DNA of 55,727 nt, counting the filler, from Jimgerdemannia flammicorona (lineage: Eukaryota): the NCBI GenBank assembly GCA_003990765.1. It is 2 parts of 2 records of this genome, joined end to end, with 100 filler letters (N's around TTAATTAATTAA, not from the genome) between each part and the next. Parts side by side here need not be neighbours in the genome. Positions count along the whole stretch, not along the records: positions 27,915 to 55,727 come from RBNJ01000599.1; 1 more part is not named here. One strand, given 5' to 3'. Position 1 is the stretch's first letter. The number at the start of each line of letters is the position of its first letter. Below the pieces are notes generated by a model. It searched no databases, was not told the DNA's origin, and worked only from the letters and a program-made list of their open reading frames with translations. A program made the translations under genes and the position numbers. This document shows, one piece after another, positions 36,301-49,800 of this stretch.

Positions 36301-39300
36301 TGATTTCGGGGTGAGTGTCTCCGTCCATCGTATTACTAGGAGAAGTTAAATGTTCCTGGCACCCCGGTAGCCTTATGCAGCAAAATCAGTGATGCGGAGG
36401 TTAAAAAACTGCCTACATATTTTGACAACCTTTCAATAGACATCGCTTTTGTGATGCGAAGAGCCACTAGGGTCACACTGTGACATGTCAAAATTCCGAA
36501 AAGATGCTTTCATACGGACCTAAACTTCGTCGACAATTAGGATCGTCCAAATAAAAATATATATCCACAAACTGCTTTCAAGTGGTACGCCTTAGTGTCG
36601 CTGGAAATAAGAGAAGGTCTTTATGAATGCCGCGACTTGGAGTGACTACAAATGTGGTTTGGATGAATTGAGAGACATGAGAAGGTTTAGAGACATAATT
36701 ATGACCGCCAAAGCACCATGTGTTTACTGAATGGAAGAGATGTCAGTTACCACAAAGCTTCATCAGCATTGGAACAGGAATAGGTCGAATTCGAAAGCGG
36801 ATAGCCTACCCTTGATGGAAATTACATGGATGGCACGCGTTTGTTGTGCCATTGGTAAGAGGGCGGAGATGAGGGGTCTTATGGAAGGAATGTGAGAGAA
36901 ATGATAGAAAAGAGTTAGAGACGGATCGAAGTTTGAGGTCGACGGTGACTTGGGTGTAATTATATATTTATAATCCCCATTATAAACTTGTGGGTGGCTT
37001 ACCTGACTGCTTTACCTGCACGTTAGTGGATTGTGGTTGGCAGGAGGGAAAGATATGAAACGAATTTTCCTTCTCGAAATAAGTTTATAGAAGATCGCAG
37101 TAGTGAGTAGCTTACTTTACCTGCACATGAATAAATTGTTATTGGCGAAAAGAGTGGATATGAATGACGACGGTCAGTTTTCGCCGTAACTGGTGACGTC
37201 ACCCAGCAATGGAATAATGTGACCGCGGTGGGGAAAACATTGGTGGGACAGAGAAACGCGTATATATGTACCGCGAAATCAGAAGGTTGAGCGGATTGAG
37301 AAGGCGGGTGAAAGCGCTCAAAAGGCTTGAAGAGGTAGGTAGGGGCGGTGCTATTCAATTGGACGGTTATGAATGGTAGTGAAAAGGCTGATTTGTTGTT
37401 GGTTGCCAAACGCAATGAGTCGAATATTGTATAGTCAATGTTTGCATGCGTTCTCCGTTTCCGTACTCGCAGTTTTATTCGTCAGCCGTTGCAATACTTA
37501 CCAGAGTCGCGGTGTTGTTTACTTCGACGCCGCTCATTACTGCCACCGCCACGAAACTTTGCTGTGGAATTCACCACATTCGAACGCTTTACCAGCATTT
37601 CCGCCGGCCTGGGTTTGTCGTATTAGTTTAGTGAGAATTTGGGGGAGAGAAAATGAAAATATAAAAAAGCAACGTGAGGCTCACGCAACGATAACTTATC
37701 ACGCTACCATATTTCTGTAGGATAAGCAACAGCAGGGGATGGTAGACTAGATACCTAGTACGAGAAGTGAGGGGAGGAGGAAAGGAGGTGACGCTTCGCT
37801 TAGAAGAAAAAAAGAGAGAGAAAACAAGCGTCACATGATGAATTTCATCATGTCGTCATTGAGTGGGCTCGTTCGAGACCACAGGTCAATGAATGCATGA
37901 ATGTTCTTGGCGCCGATGTTTCTGGCGCCAAACGCCTTGTCTTTGTTTCGGGCGTTGCTTGTTTCGCTCAGTTTTCATTAGTGGACGTATATTTCCCTTT
38001 TTGGCAATCAAGGTTATGCATGCTTTATTCTTGGGTTTTTACTTTCTCTATATGCTACTCTTCGAACTTCTACATTCACTCATCTTTGTGTACATTCATA
38101 CTTGCTTTTATTCATATTACAATTGTTATCCACATAACTAATTCATATGGTGCTTGCTGTCAACTCTTGTTCTTTGTATTGATATGATCCTTTTAACATA
38201 TCAAAAGGGCAATATTTGTTAGATTCTGCAGTCTGCTTCTTCTACTATAATATTCTCTTCATTGAATGGGTGGCAAGATGACCCCAATTAGTGCTCTGAA
38301 TGGATGCAATTTATCTGGATGGGATTCAATTCAGATTCATCATGTGATGGATTTAAATCAACTTGGATTAGTCTTGTGATCTGATCTGGATTGATCTATC
38401 TAGATTGATCACATAAAATCTTTGATGATATGTATCACCCTTTCTTTTATTCATTTTTCACTTTGTTTTTTTTTTCTACCACACTTTGGTGACATCACTC
38501 TTTCTTTTGTTCCTTCCCTTCTTTTGTTCTTTCTTTGTTCTTTTTCTTTATTCTTTTTCTTTCTTGTTACATCATAAGTAAACAAAACAGTAGTTCTTAA
38601 TTATATATTGGTCAGTCTACTCATTTTTTTACCCTATAATGATTATCAAAAAAGAGAGTATTTGAAGTAGAAACATACTTTCTGCTGACAATGTTAGATT
38701 CTTTCTCATATGGGTAGTATATAAGCTACTCATCAAGAGTGGTGGCAGTAGTAATGGTAATGGCAATGGTGGGGATGAGGGAGAATTCCAGTAATAACTC
38801 ATGGTGGCCCTTCAGATCTCAGAATTTACAGACCTCATAGCTATATATGTAGTAGTCTTTTTGGAGTAGCTGATAGTAGATGTAGGTTGCTCTTTTCTAC
38901 TGCTATTTGTTTAAATTCCCCCAGCATGATCTAATTTACCTTATACTCTTCTTAGGGTCCACAGCTTGCTACTTATTTAAATTCCCTCAGCACGACCCAA
39001 TTCACCTTACCTCATACTTTTCTTAGGGTCCACAGCTCTATGGTGAGATCTGCCAACTTTATTCACAATATCTGGTCAAGATGAAGAAAGGCTGGAGGAT
39101 ATTGCAGGATATGCCTTTAGTGACTAAGCTATTGAGTCAATGCATTATATGACAGAGGTCTCAAAAGGAATAGAAGTAAGCCTTTATGAGAAATCTTGTG
39201 CAACTCATCAGCATGCAACTCATTCACATATGCTCTTTTCTGAAAATACCCATCTCTGTATTTTATTTAACTTTATTTTTATATAGTCTCTCTTAAAAAC

Positions 39301-40919
39301 TCCTACATGATATCCACATACAACCCATCCACATATAACCTGTCTGCATACAACCTGTCTGCATATAACTCAGCTCCTCAGATCAGGGCTCAGTTTTATT
39401 AAAAGAGAGAATTCAAAGTTACCTGAGTTTAACCATATCTAGCATTTGATCAAATAGAGAATTTTGAGAGCAAGATGTTCAGAATAAGCAGTATCAGTAT
39501 TACCATCAAGGCTAGGGGGTCTATATTTGAATTAGAGCTAATTGTTCTTGACCAAGAGGTCCATTAGCTAGCAGGAGTATTCAACAATAAAGAGAATATA
39601 TCATTATTAATAATCATGGAGAGGTGGTTGCAATAGTAGTAAGAAATCTCTATAGTGACAAGCTTTGCTACCATATCAACAAGATTTATAATAATTGTGT
39701 CAAATACCAGATGGCAGGAAAGAGGGAGTAAAAAAAGCAAGGAGGGGTTTGAATAGAGATTGAGTATACTGCAATCCTGGTGAAGGGTGGGTTCTGGAGT
39801 TCTGAAATCTCCTGTACTTATCTCCCTTTTTTTTTTTTTTTTTTTTTTTCTCTCCAGATAATTATTCTCTCACTGACATACTCTTTTTGATACAATTCCA
39901 GAGATATATAAGATTCTGTACCCCTACCAGAACTTTAGAAGTGCTGTTGAAGAGCAAACTATGTATGAGCATGATATGGTCTATACAGTAATAGTGGCTA
40001 TAATCTGGAGTTCTTTGAGCAGGTTGGTAGAGTATATAGCAGACCAGCTTGGTGGTGATCTCAATACAGCTATACATATATTCTTAGCACTATTTAGTAT
40101 GCCATATGAGATGAAGAGCTTCACTTTTTTGAGTGCAGTCTGGGGTTTCTGCCCTCTGTATATAAAAAGGACTGACTAGATACTGTCTGTTTTGGACAGA
40201 TTTCTAAGCTGGGGCTCTCAGGGCTTGATGAAGAGCAGATATCCTTTAGCACTATCTGGCAGTATGAAGTCCTGGGCCAAGGGTTCACCCAACTATATAC
40301 TTGGGTCACATCAGAATATATTGTTACATTTTAGAAAGAAAGGGCCCAACTTGGGAGAATAGTGGCAGAGTCTGGTACAACCTCATCTATGGTTTCAGAA
40401 TCCTGTTTGTAGTCAACATGGTCATTCTATTCCAACCACATGACCACCACAGTATCATTGCCTTCAAGGAGAGCTTGGACACAATAGTCATTATACTCAC
40501 AACAGATGACAGACTCATCAATGCCTGGGACTGGTAGATGGAGCAGATTTTGTGAGAGTTAGACAATCTTTTGTAAGGGTTCAGCAGTCATTTTGTATAG
40601 GTTGAGTAGTCTTTTTGAGGGGGGTTGGGCTGGTAGCCAGATGTCTCTTTCTGTAGTACTAGTATAGCTATTATGTCAGGCCCTATCAGTCCCTTGGCTC
40701 TGCTCTTATAGTGCCATTAGTGCAGCACTATAGTGCAGGGCCAGAGTGCCCATGAGATCCAAACTAGTGACAGAACCCAAATCTATAGTGGACTTCAACC
40801 ATGAGAAGTACCCTCGAGTACTCTCCAATAGCCAGAAATGTCCTTTAACCACCAGAAGTACTCTCCAACTGCCAGAAGTACCCTCTGATCTAGACTTGGA
40901 CTCTTTGGTGACTTGGGGT

Positions 40920-41250
40920 TGCTTCTTTGCTGCTAGCAGAGGGCCACAAATTTTGCATGCTCTCTCTACCAATCCCACCAACTCCCCAGCCTGAGCATAG
41001 GCTGCTTGGAGGTACTCTATGCTGCTGGCAGAGGGCCATAAATTTTGTGCACTCCCCCTGCCTTTTCTGCCCCCTCTGCCAACCCACCCCACTCCAGATA
41101 CTTGTGGCTTAGAGCTACTTCTTGCTGCCAGCAGAGGGCCACAAATTTTGTATGCTTCCTCCACCAATCCCACCCACTGACCTGAGCACTGACAGTATGG
41201 AGCTACTCCTTACTACTAGTGGAGGGCTGCAAATTTTGTATGCTCCCTTC
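40920..41250. repeat. Four degenerate tandem units containing TGCTxGCAGAGGGCCACAAATTTTGxATGC
   Basis: Motif seen at ~40930, ~41023, ~41143 and ~41212. Confidence 0.7.
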
Positions 41251-41415
41251 ACTGCTACTAACTCTGCTGACCACTGTCTCACTCAGACCACAAACTCTGA
41301 GCTAAGTTCTTGGTTTTTTTTTTCCTTTTTATTTTAAAAAACTTAATAATCCACAAGGCCAATTAACTTATCTACAAATCCCAGGACCTGTCAAAATTTA
41401 GTGGCTCATACCCTA

Positions 41416-41620
41416 TTAAGATTTCAGGTACATATATGTCCAGATTGTCTCAGTATTCAGTGCACACCTCTTAGAAGCAATGAGATCCATCCCACCTGAG
41501 AACATCTGCTCAATGGGAGTGCTGGTGGCAGGAATTGCCAGATAGTCCCAAGCCATACCATACAGGCTGAAGAAGTCCATTTGATGTAGCTGTGGCCACA
41601 TGTCCTAGTAGGTAGAGTAG
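41416..41620 (-). pseudogene. hAT transposase C-terminal dimerisation domain fragment
   Basis: MAWDYLAIPATSTPIEQMFSGG..KRCALNTETI matches the hATC consensus MARDYLAIPATSxxxERxFS. Confidence 0.85.
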
Positions 41621-41939
41621 TGGTTAGAATGGTGGTTAGATTGGTGGATTAAATTGGCCAAATGCAACCAATTGTCTGATAACTCACCTTCCATCAGTTG
41701 AGTACCTCCACACCCTCCAGCAGAATCATGTGGTCACTGGTAAGGTAAATGGTAAGTTTGTCTATTGATGGCAGCTCTTCTACTGATGGCTCCCTCTTCC
41801 TCTTTCTGCTGAAGTAATGTGGGACAGGAGGGATCTCTCAGCATATTTGTCCAGACTTTGGCCAGAACCTTGCAGTGATACATAGTTTTTTCAGTATGTT
41901 TCAATTATGGCCTGCTGGATTCCCTCAATATAGTGCTGC

Positions 41940-44900
41940 TTTTTTTTTATTTTTATTTTTTTATTTTTTATTTTTTTATGTCACTCAGACTTCTATTTAT
42001 TACTACTAAATCTATAAATAATAATATACATGTACCCACAACCCTCAGCCATTGCCCCTTGGATCCCCCTCCCCACTCTCCAACCCTCTCCACTGAAGGA
42101 CAACTCAACCACCTACTATCTGAACCCTCTCTCTACTCTTCTTACAAATACAATTCACTAGAGTCTGATGGCCCCACCCACCTGATCCCCACCCTCTCCA
42201 CCAATCATTCAAAATGTCAAGTATTAACTATTCTCAATATGCTACTCTAGCTCCAACTGCAACCCACTGGCCCTTCTCAAAGACATGAAGCCAATAACTG
42301 GCCAGCTCTACTCAAATTGCCAGGGCCCATCCCAAGGTCAACCATTCATCCCCAACCCCACCCATTAACCTATGCCGGAGGTCCCCCCATCTCCCTCCTT
42401 CCTCCGCCATCAGGGGCTGCAATCCCAGTCTACTAGTAATACTGTGCCAAAACTCCCCCAAAACTTCACACTCCCTTAGCCAATGTTCAAGCATTTGTAC
42501 CACTCCCCCCTTCTGGTGAATGTCTATGCATTCCTTACACTCAAATATGCTGTCTGCTATCAAGTGCCCTGACTGATAGTTCAGCATCACATTCCGCCTT
42601 AGAAACCTCCACCATACCACCCAGAACTTAGGGGGAAGCCACTGCATCACCTGCTTGCTCCAAAGCCAAACATCATTCCAGTCCCACTCCTCACCAATCC
42701 CCACCCTTTGTCATGCTTCTGGCCACACATCCCTCCTGAGCCCCTGCATATATTCCACTCCATTGCCAAGCAAAAAATCCTCCACCAATATATCTCCCAG
42801 CAGTAGCTAGTCCCATCTCCACATCTATGGTCCCCAGTCCTTCTCTCTCTCATCACTCCTCTACTGAAGTCCAATTCTCCTTATACTATCTACCACTCTC
42901 TACCAGAAGCCTTTGTAATATATCCTCCTGCTCCTATCTATGGCCACCATTATAAGCAGATCACCAGTTGCTCCACAAGGGGAGTACTGGACTTTCCACA
43001 CCCTCTGTATGAGTGGCACCCACTCCTGGCCCCTTAACTCACTTGCTCTCTTCAGCCTCCATGCTCTCAGACAATATAGGTACTTAGCAAAGTCTACTAA
43101 GCCCAGCCCACCTCTGTCAACAGGTAGAGTCAGAACCTCCCAGCCTATCTGACTATGCCACCCAACCCAAATTCATGATCTTGCTATCATTAGAAGTCAC
43201 CTGACCACCCACACTAGAAAGTCCAGATAATACTCCACATATCATAGCTTTGGTAGCCAATACACATTCAGCACCATCACCCTTCCTGCCAAGGATATAT
43301 ACCAACTGCCCCACCTCAGAAGAACATTCCCCCATACTAGTAGCTGCTGTTTCCACTATGTATGGGGCATAAGGGACCCATACACTGAAAAGTAGATCTC
43401 CAAGTACTGGACTCATTCTCCTACCAGAACCACTGTTCCAATCACATTGCTGCCAACTATTCTGCCACCTAGTATCAGAGTTTCACATTTGTGTCAGTTG
43501 AGTTTAGCACCTGAGCCCCTCTCATACCATTCCACAGTCCTTCATAATTCCTCCACATCCTCTAATGAACCCAGTCTAACCACCATATCATCTGCAAAAG
43601 CCCCCACCTTCCAGTTAATTCCCAAAATATCCATACCCCCAATATGATGCTAGATCCTATCCAATAGAGGCTCCAAGGAAAGGGTATATAGGATGGGTGA
43701 CAAAGGATCTCCTTGCAGCACTCCATGATCTAGCAGAAAGGTCACACTCCTGTACTCATTCACCACTAATGCTGCTTGACTGTTTTCCAATAGACTGATC
43801 AATGACCTCAGAAACTCTGGGGGTACTTCCACATATTTCAGCACTCTCTCAAGCCAAACTCTCCTCACTCTGTCATACACCTTCTCCTGATTCAGAAACA
43901 CTAACTGGCCATCAATCCCAGCTACCTGAGCCCCTTCAATCACTTTATGGACCCAGGCAGTTTTATCTCAAATCAACCAACCTCTAACAAATCTCCTCTG
44001 CTTCACTCCTAGTACCTGCTGAGCAATTCTCTGCAGTCTAGTCACTAAGATCTTTATCACCAGCTTGTGGTCAATGTCAAGGAGCATGATTGGTCACCAG
44101 TTCTTCCAATTTTCTCTTCTCCTCTTATCCTTTTAGAGCAAGGAGACCAGCCCTAGATGCTGGCCCCCAATCCAAGTTCCAGATTGAAGTATCTCATCAC
44201 ACAACATCATCATTTCTTCCAGAACCACTGCCACTCCAGCCATCTTCTTCTAAAAATCCCAGAGTAGCCCATCCTCTCCTGGAGCAGTCCCCTTACTTGT
44301 CAAAGCCAAGACCTTGCACACCTCCTCCCCCCTCACCAGATCACCCAGTATTTCTAGGCCCAGAGCTGGGTCTGGATGCTAATTTTCCAACTGCCACTCA
44401 ATGATCCGGGCATCCTCACCCCCATTGTCATTACTCCATAAGTTCTCTCAGTAAGTCTTCCACAATCCCAAAATCACAGGAGTCTCCACCACTATCTCCC
44501 CATCCTCATCTAGAATACCATCCCACTGTTGTTTAGTTCTCTATACTTAGAGCAAGTATGATAGAAATCTAGTGGGCCTCTCCCCCTCCTCCAACCCCTG
44601 CCACCACAACCTTGCCACTATCCCCTTCAGCTTAACCTCTTCCTCCATTCATAGCACTTTCATAAGCTCATCAACCTTCTTTGAATCCACAGAATCTGCC
44701 AGTTGGCCACCTCCCAATCCTCTAGTGACCCAACCCACCTCCCCAGGAGTGCTGCCAATTGCTGTGATGCCCATTGCACTTGCTATCACTGCTGAGCACT
44801 CCTTCCTTTCTCTGCCTCCCTTCAGTATCTCTGAGTACTTGATTTTAGCCTCTGCCAGTAATCCCCAATCCCCAGTCCCTGTTCTTACCACCACCAATCT

Positions 44901-46250
44901 TCACAATAGCTTCTACCTCCCAGTCTATTCATAGGGAATCATTCTCAATAAAGAAGAATTCAGTCACCAATGTCCAGGCTCATCCCCACTTCCCCCAAAT
45001 CTCCTGCTCTCTATTAGACCCCAGTGATCTGACCATGGGCACCAAACCACCTCCAGTGTGTCCCAGACATTCACTCTCCAGTACTCTGCCATCAACACCC
45101 AGTCAATCCTGGAGTCCAGCCCTGCCACCCAGTGAGTATAAATTTGTTGATCCTCTCAAAACTATCACTCTGAGTCAACCAAGGAACTCAACCTCTCCAT
45201 CTCCATCCAATTGTCCAACCTGCTACTTCTGCCCCTCATTCCTCTCCCACCATCAGTCCTGTCCACCACATTATTATATACCATGTTAAAGTCACCCCCC
45301 AGGCAGTCAATCCCTGCCTCCCTCATAACACCAGCCTCTCTCAAGCCTCGGATCCAATCTATACATTCCCCCCTCTCTGCTGGGCAATAATATGACCCAA
45401 TAGTCAAAGAGTTCCACTCAGGCCTCTTCTATGTATACTCCCTACATCAATCTACTCCCCCAATGTCCAATATCCCCAATGTCCTCCATCCCCTTTCTAA
45501 TTAGAATGCCCACCCATCCAGTCTACATAGCTGCTCTACCCCATTCTCTAGTCCAATCCTGTAAGTCCACATCTACCTCATACTGCACATCCTGCAGTAA
45601 GAAAAGATCTACATCCAGTCTCTTTAACCAAACAAATATATTCCTCTACTATACCACTCCCCTCAACCCATTTATATTCAAAGAGAAGATTCTAGTTGTA
45701 CTGTTCATAATGAATAATGTTTGATAATGAAAGCCCATCCTAGTATTCCATACTCATCTCATCTCCAGCCAGATCCAAGTGCTGCTCTGCTTCCAAATCA
45801 TCTTCCCTTACAGCCTGAGTATCCAGTGCTTCCAAGATTTCCTGGCACTCCACCCCATCCACCATCTCTATTTCTGCCTGATAGTCTGTGCACACCACTC
45901 TTCACTTCTCCAATCCCTCAAACCCCACAAGTATGCTACCCAGTCATTTGCAATTACTCAAAGTTTCTTCTCCCTCTGATCATCCACTTGTTATTCAACT
46001 GATTCCAAGAGCACCACCAGGATCTCATTTCTAACCTTCCTTGGCCATGAAGAATTTCCTCCCAATGCCTATCACCCATAACCCAGAAGTCCTCCCCCCC
46101 CAGCTCCTCAGCTGCCACCCCCTCCAGAGTCTTCCACAGCCACTTCTCCTCATCCACTGCCTCTGTAACACCCTGGGTGATCCCTTCTGCCCCCCACTCT
46201 GTTTATTGCTAGTACAGCCCCAGATGTACTTATGTAGTATCTCTGTTATG
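41940..46250 (-). mobile_element. Second LINE of the same family as 6690-12400; 5'-truncated, with poly(A) tail
   Basis: T-rich run at 41940-41980 (poly(A) on the minus strand). ORF2 start MNSTTRIFSLNINGL (~45708), GGDFN, SDHW, GVLQGDPLSPILY, AFADD. Confidence 0.9.
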
Positions 46251-46520
46251 CCTTCTATTTCTCGCATTCCCCACCAATCCCGATACCCCTCTTTTCACAT
46301 GCTCTGCGAGCCACACCTTCTCCCGGGACTACCTTGTCCATCATCTTTGATCTTTGCTTCTGCAGATTGGTCTTAATCCAATTCTCTTCACTGGGCATAG
46401 CTTTCATATTGGGGCTACGTCTGATGCCACTGCAGCAGGTCTTTCAGACTATGAAATCCAAATGCTTGGGTGGTGGTCTAGTGCGGCATTTCAAGGGTAC
46501 ACTCACATGCCCATATCCCG
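46250..46520 (+). pseudogene. Tyrosine recombinase C-terminus (DIRS/Ngaro or Crypton type)
   Basis: FTGHSFHIGATSDATAAGLSDYEIQMLGWWSSAAFQGY matches GHSFRIGAAT..IxxLGRWxSxAxxxY; the catalytic Arg appears lost through a CpG transition. Confidence 0.85.
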
Positions 46521-46559
46521 CATCTGTCATCTCCACACTTCTCTCTCTCAGCCTTCAAC

Positions 46560-46880
46560 ATTCTCTGCGGGCTATCCTAACCACTTGTCCATGACATCGG
46601 TTGGTCATTGAGGACTTCTCCTCCTCAGTTTTTCTTGTTGGCCTGCATCAACAGCCTTCTGTTTACACACTGCATACGTCCACCATAACTTCAGTTTCGC
46701 ATTGCTCACTTTTCTCTCTCTGGCAACTATATTCTCTGCTGGCCGTCCTAACCACTTGTCCACGACATCGGTTAGTCGTTGAGGTCTTCTCTTCGGTCTT
46801 TCTTATTATTGGCCCGTGTTAATAGCCTTTTTGGTCACACGCCGCGCGCGTCCACCACACTTTCAGTTTCGCGTTGCGTG
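46560..46880 (+). repeat. Two ~172-bp direct repeats downstream of the recombinase
   Basis: TCCTAACCACTTGTCCAxGACATCGGTT..TTCAGTTTCGCxTTGC occurs twice (~46575 and ~46746). Confidence 0.8.
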
Positions 46881-49009
46881 TGTTACTACCTTCTTCGCTT
46901 CCTTCCTTCTCCCGATAACCTATTTTGCATCTTCGCCCCTCTTTTGGGTGCCCTCTTTCTCCTCCTCTTCTCCTTACACCATGAGGCATAACTACTATTT
47001 GGGCCGGTTTTCTACTGTGTGTTTCACCCAAATACATATTTTTACATTTTGTGTGCTTTTCGGGTCCTCTTGCGTGTTCCAGGTTGTTTGGGTTCATCGG
47101 TCATCATATCTAGACATTAACGGGTCCTCTTGCGCGGTCTGGTCTGTTTTTCGTTTGGACATTATAGCTAGACATTGACCACCTGCGAAATTTACATATT
47201 CTGCAATTCAGTTATGCGATGTTAAATAGGGGGAATGCCCGATCAAATGACATCGGAAATTGTTTTCGGTGCTGATGGATCACTTTATAACCAACCTAAA
47301 AATAAAAATAAAAATAAAAAAACAATTTTGTAAAATGATGCTCCGACGATAAATACCATAGCATAAAAGGCCATCTGGTAAGCACACGGCTTTGGATATC
47401 CGGTCAATCACATGCACCGAATAGTCTGTCGTTGTTTCTCCATCCTTCCAACTCTATGTTTCCTCCGGAGGTTCGCTTGAGAAGAGCTAATGATGGGGGA
47501 GTGGAGTATGCCCAATACATAATATGACCATATATTCCTTTCCGCTATGTCTATCCGCTGAGTTATGTGGAGTGATGGATGACTCCGCATTAATGGCAGT
47601 ATGAATCTTACCAAGACATCTGATGGGTCACTGTACGTGCATATAGAGCGCAAGTGATGGTACTGATGCTCAGATGATACCTCCGACTAATGTAATCGTT
47701 CTTACGCAATTTCATAAATCGGTTTATTCAAAATCAAACCCTCAGTAGATACATGAATCCATATATTTAACAGTAAAAGAATATGAAAAGAATAGGGTTT
47801 CTAGACAAAAATATTAACATAAACAATGACTATTGGCGGAACGATACTTGTAAGCTAGAAATTTCAATTTGAACCACCGCTTCAAAATTATTGCAGTTGA
47901 TACCTCTTCCCAACAAAATATGCCTCATACACATATTGTACGGTGTAATCGTGGCATTACTTCCCACCGCCATCACCTACTCCTCCCGCATGGCCACAAC
48001 CATGCCAATATCAAATCCATTCCTCTCAGTAGATCTACTCGAGGTACATATCGCGGAGCACCAATGTGGTCCATGACAGCGGCGGCTTCATATTCAGGCA
48101 GCACGACGGGCAATGGTCGCTTGACATTTTCTGATCCACACACGGCACTGAATGACCCAATAATTGAAAGACACATGTATCTTCACGTCTTCGATATTCA
48201 ACTTCCCAAATCTTCTGACGAAATTGGTTAGGGTTCGATATTTGTCGCAATTTTTATTTTATTTTTATTTTTTTTTTTTTTTGAAAGGGGGGGGGGGGCA
48301 TGTGTAACTAATATCGCCCTTTACGTTGCAGTGCGGCGTCGCGTGGAGTTGCAATGGCAGTGGATAGGATCTGTAAATCCTTTGTGCTATTCATCTGTCT
48401 TTTGCACCTTTGCACCATCTTAAATGTATAAATTTTTGCTTGTAGCGCTCATGCACTGGCATGCATTATGCTTGGTTTATTCTCACTGCAACCATGTACG
48501 GAAACACTATACGAGAATAAAGGGAAATAAAAGCCCCTTTTATCGAGCAGTAATGAGACGAAGAGAAGATTTGCAATGTCGTGGCACGAACTCAAGCGAA
48601 ATCGCTCAACTTCCTCCTTGTCCAGTGAATACTGACACAATCTATCCTTTTTTTCATGTGATAACAGAAATCAATGACCAGAACCCATAACTCCTCCCAC
48701 TTTCCAACATATGTGATTAAAATGCTCCCCAAATCCCAGACATCCCGTCTTTCCCATAACCATCCTCCACACCCACCACAATCCGTTGGATGTGCACTCA
48801 GACCGCCTGACAGACATGCTAACGTCTTGCCAAGCTGAGGGTTCTTATTCGCGACAAGATGAAGTACTGCGATGAGATGAACGTGACGAGTTAATAATAC
48901 ACATCAACAGAATGTTCATACACAAAAATTCGAACCACTCAAATTCTCGAATGCACAAGCGCATTCGGCAGTGAACTGAAAGTAGCACGATATCTCTTGA
49001 CAGCCGAAT

Positions 49010-49674
49010 CAGTCCTGCGACGTCAAGGGCCAGAGGAAGATGCCCAAGCTCCTCAACGAGGTCATGCGCAGCAGAGTCTACACTAGAAGTGGTAGCGACT
49101 TCCGAGCGGAACAGAATCGTCAGCGAGTCGTCGGTTCTCATTTTCATCTCGTCAATGTTGATAACTAGCTTCACGAAGTTGGGGATGCAATTGCGGGTTG
49201 TCATGATGGTGTCTCCGTTGCCAATTTTGGGCAAATGATTGGGCTTTAGTGAGGAGTCGTTGTCCGCGATATCGAACATCAAAAGCCATCGCTTCGTTGC
49301 CGTTTGGAGCCATTGAATTACGATCTTGACGAGTTTTTCAGTGTCCTTGAAAGAGATATTGAGCAGCCTGGCTACGCCGACGAAACTTGAATGTATTGTC
49401 AAATCGAAATCCGAGATCAGCCGAGTAACTGCTCTTGTATCGGTAGCAGTACTCAAACGCGATCTGGGTCTTGCCAATGCCGCCGAGGCCGGTGAGAGCG
49501 ATGCGCCTACAGCTGCGAATATCCTTATTCAGCAAGTTAAGTTCTCGATTTTCAAAACCATCTTGACGTCCAACGAATCGGCTATTTCTTACCTCCGGCA
49601 CATGGACCACGGTGCCCGGTGGTGGCGACAAAGGAATTATGTAGTTGATTGCTAGGAAAATAAAAAAAATGAAT

Positions 49675-49710
<36 letters not shown>

Positions 49711-49800
49711 ATAAATCGGTTTCTATACAGAATTGTACTTACAGAAGTCTGCGTTATCACCAGTCTGTACAGGCCCGTTAAAAATGTTGCTATGCTTCAT
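49010..49800 (-). pseudogene. NLR-like NB-ARC protein with N-terminal RHIM-like exon; frameshifted and truncated
   Basis: RNSRFVGR, P-loop GLGGIGKTQIA, Walker B WLLMFDIAD, IMTTRN and LGHLPLALDVAG. Frameshift near 49400. No TPR/ANK/WD repeats recognised downstream. Confidence 0.85.

Noticed and set aside
38200..40700. CpG-depleted block with possible decayed coding sequence
   Set aside because: Could not assign any domain.
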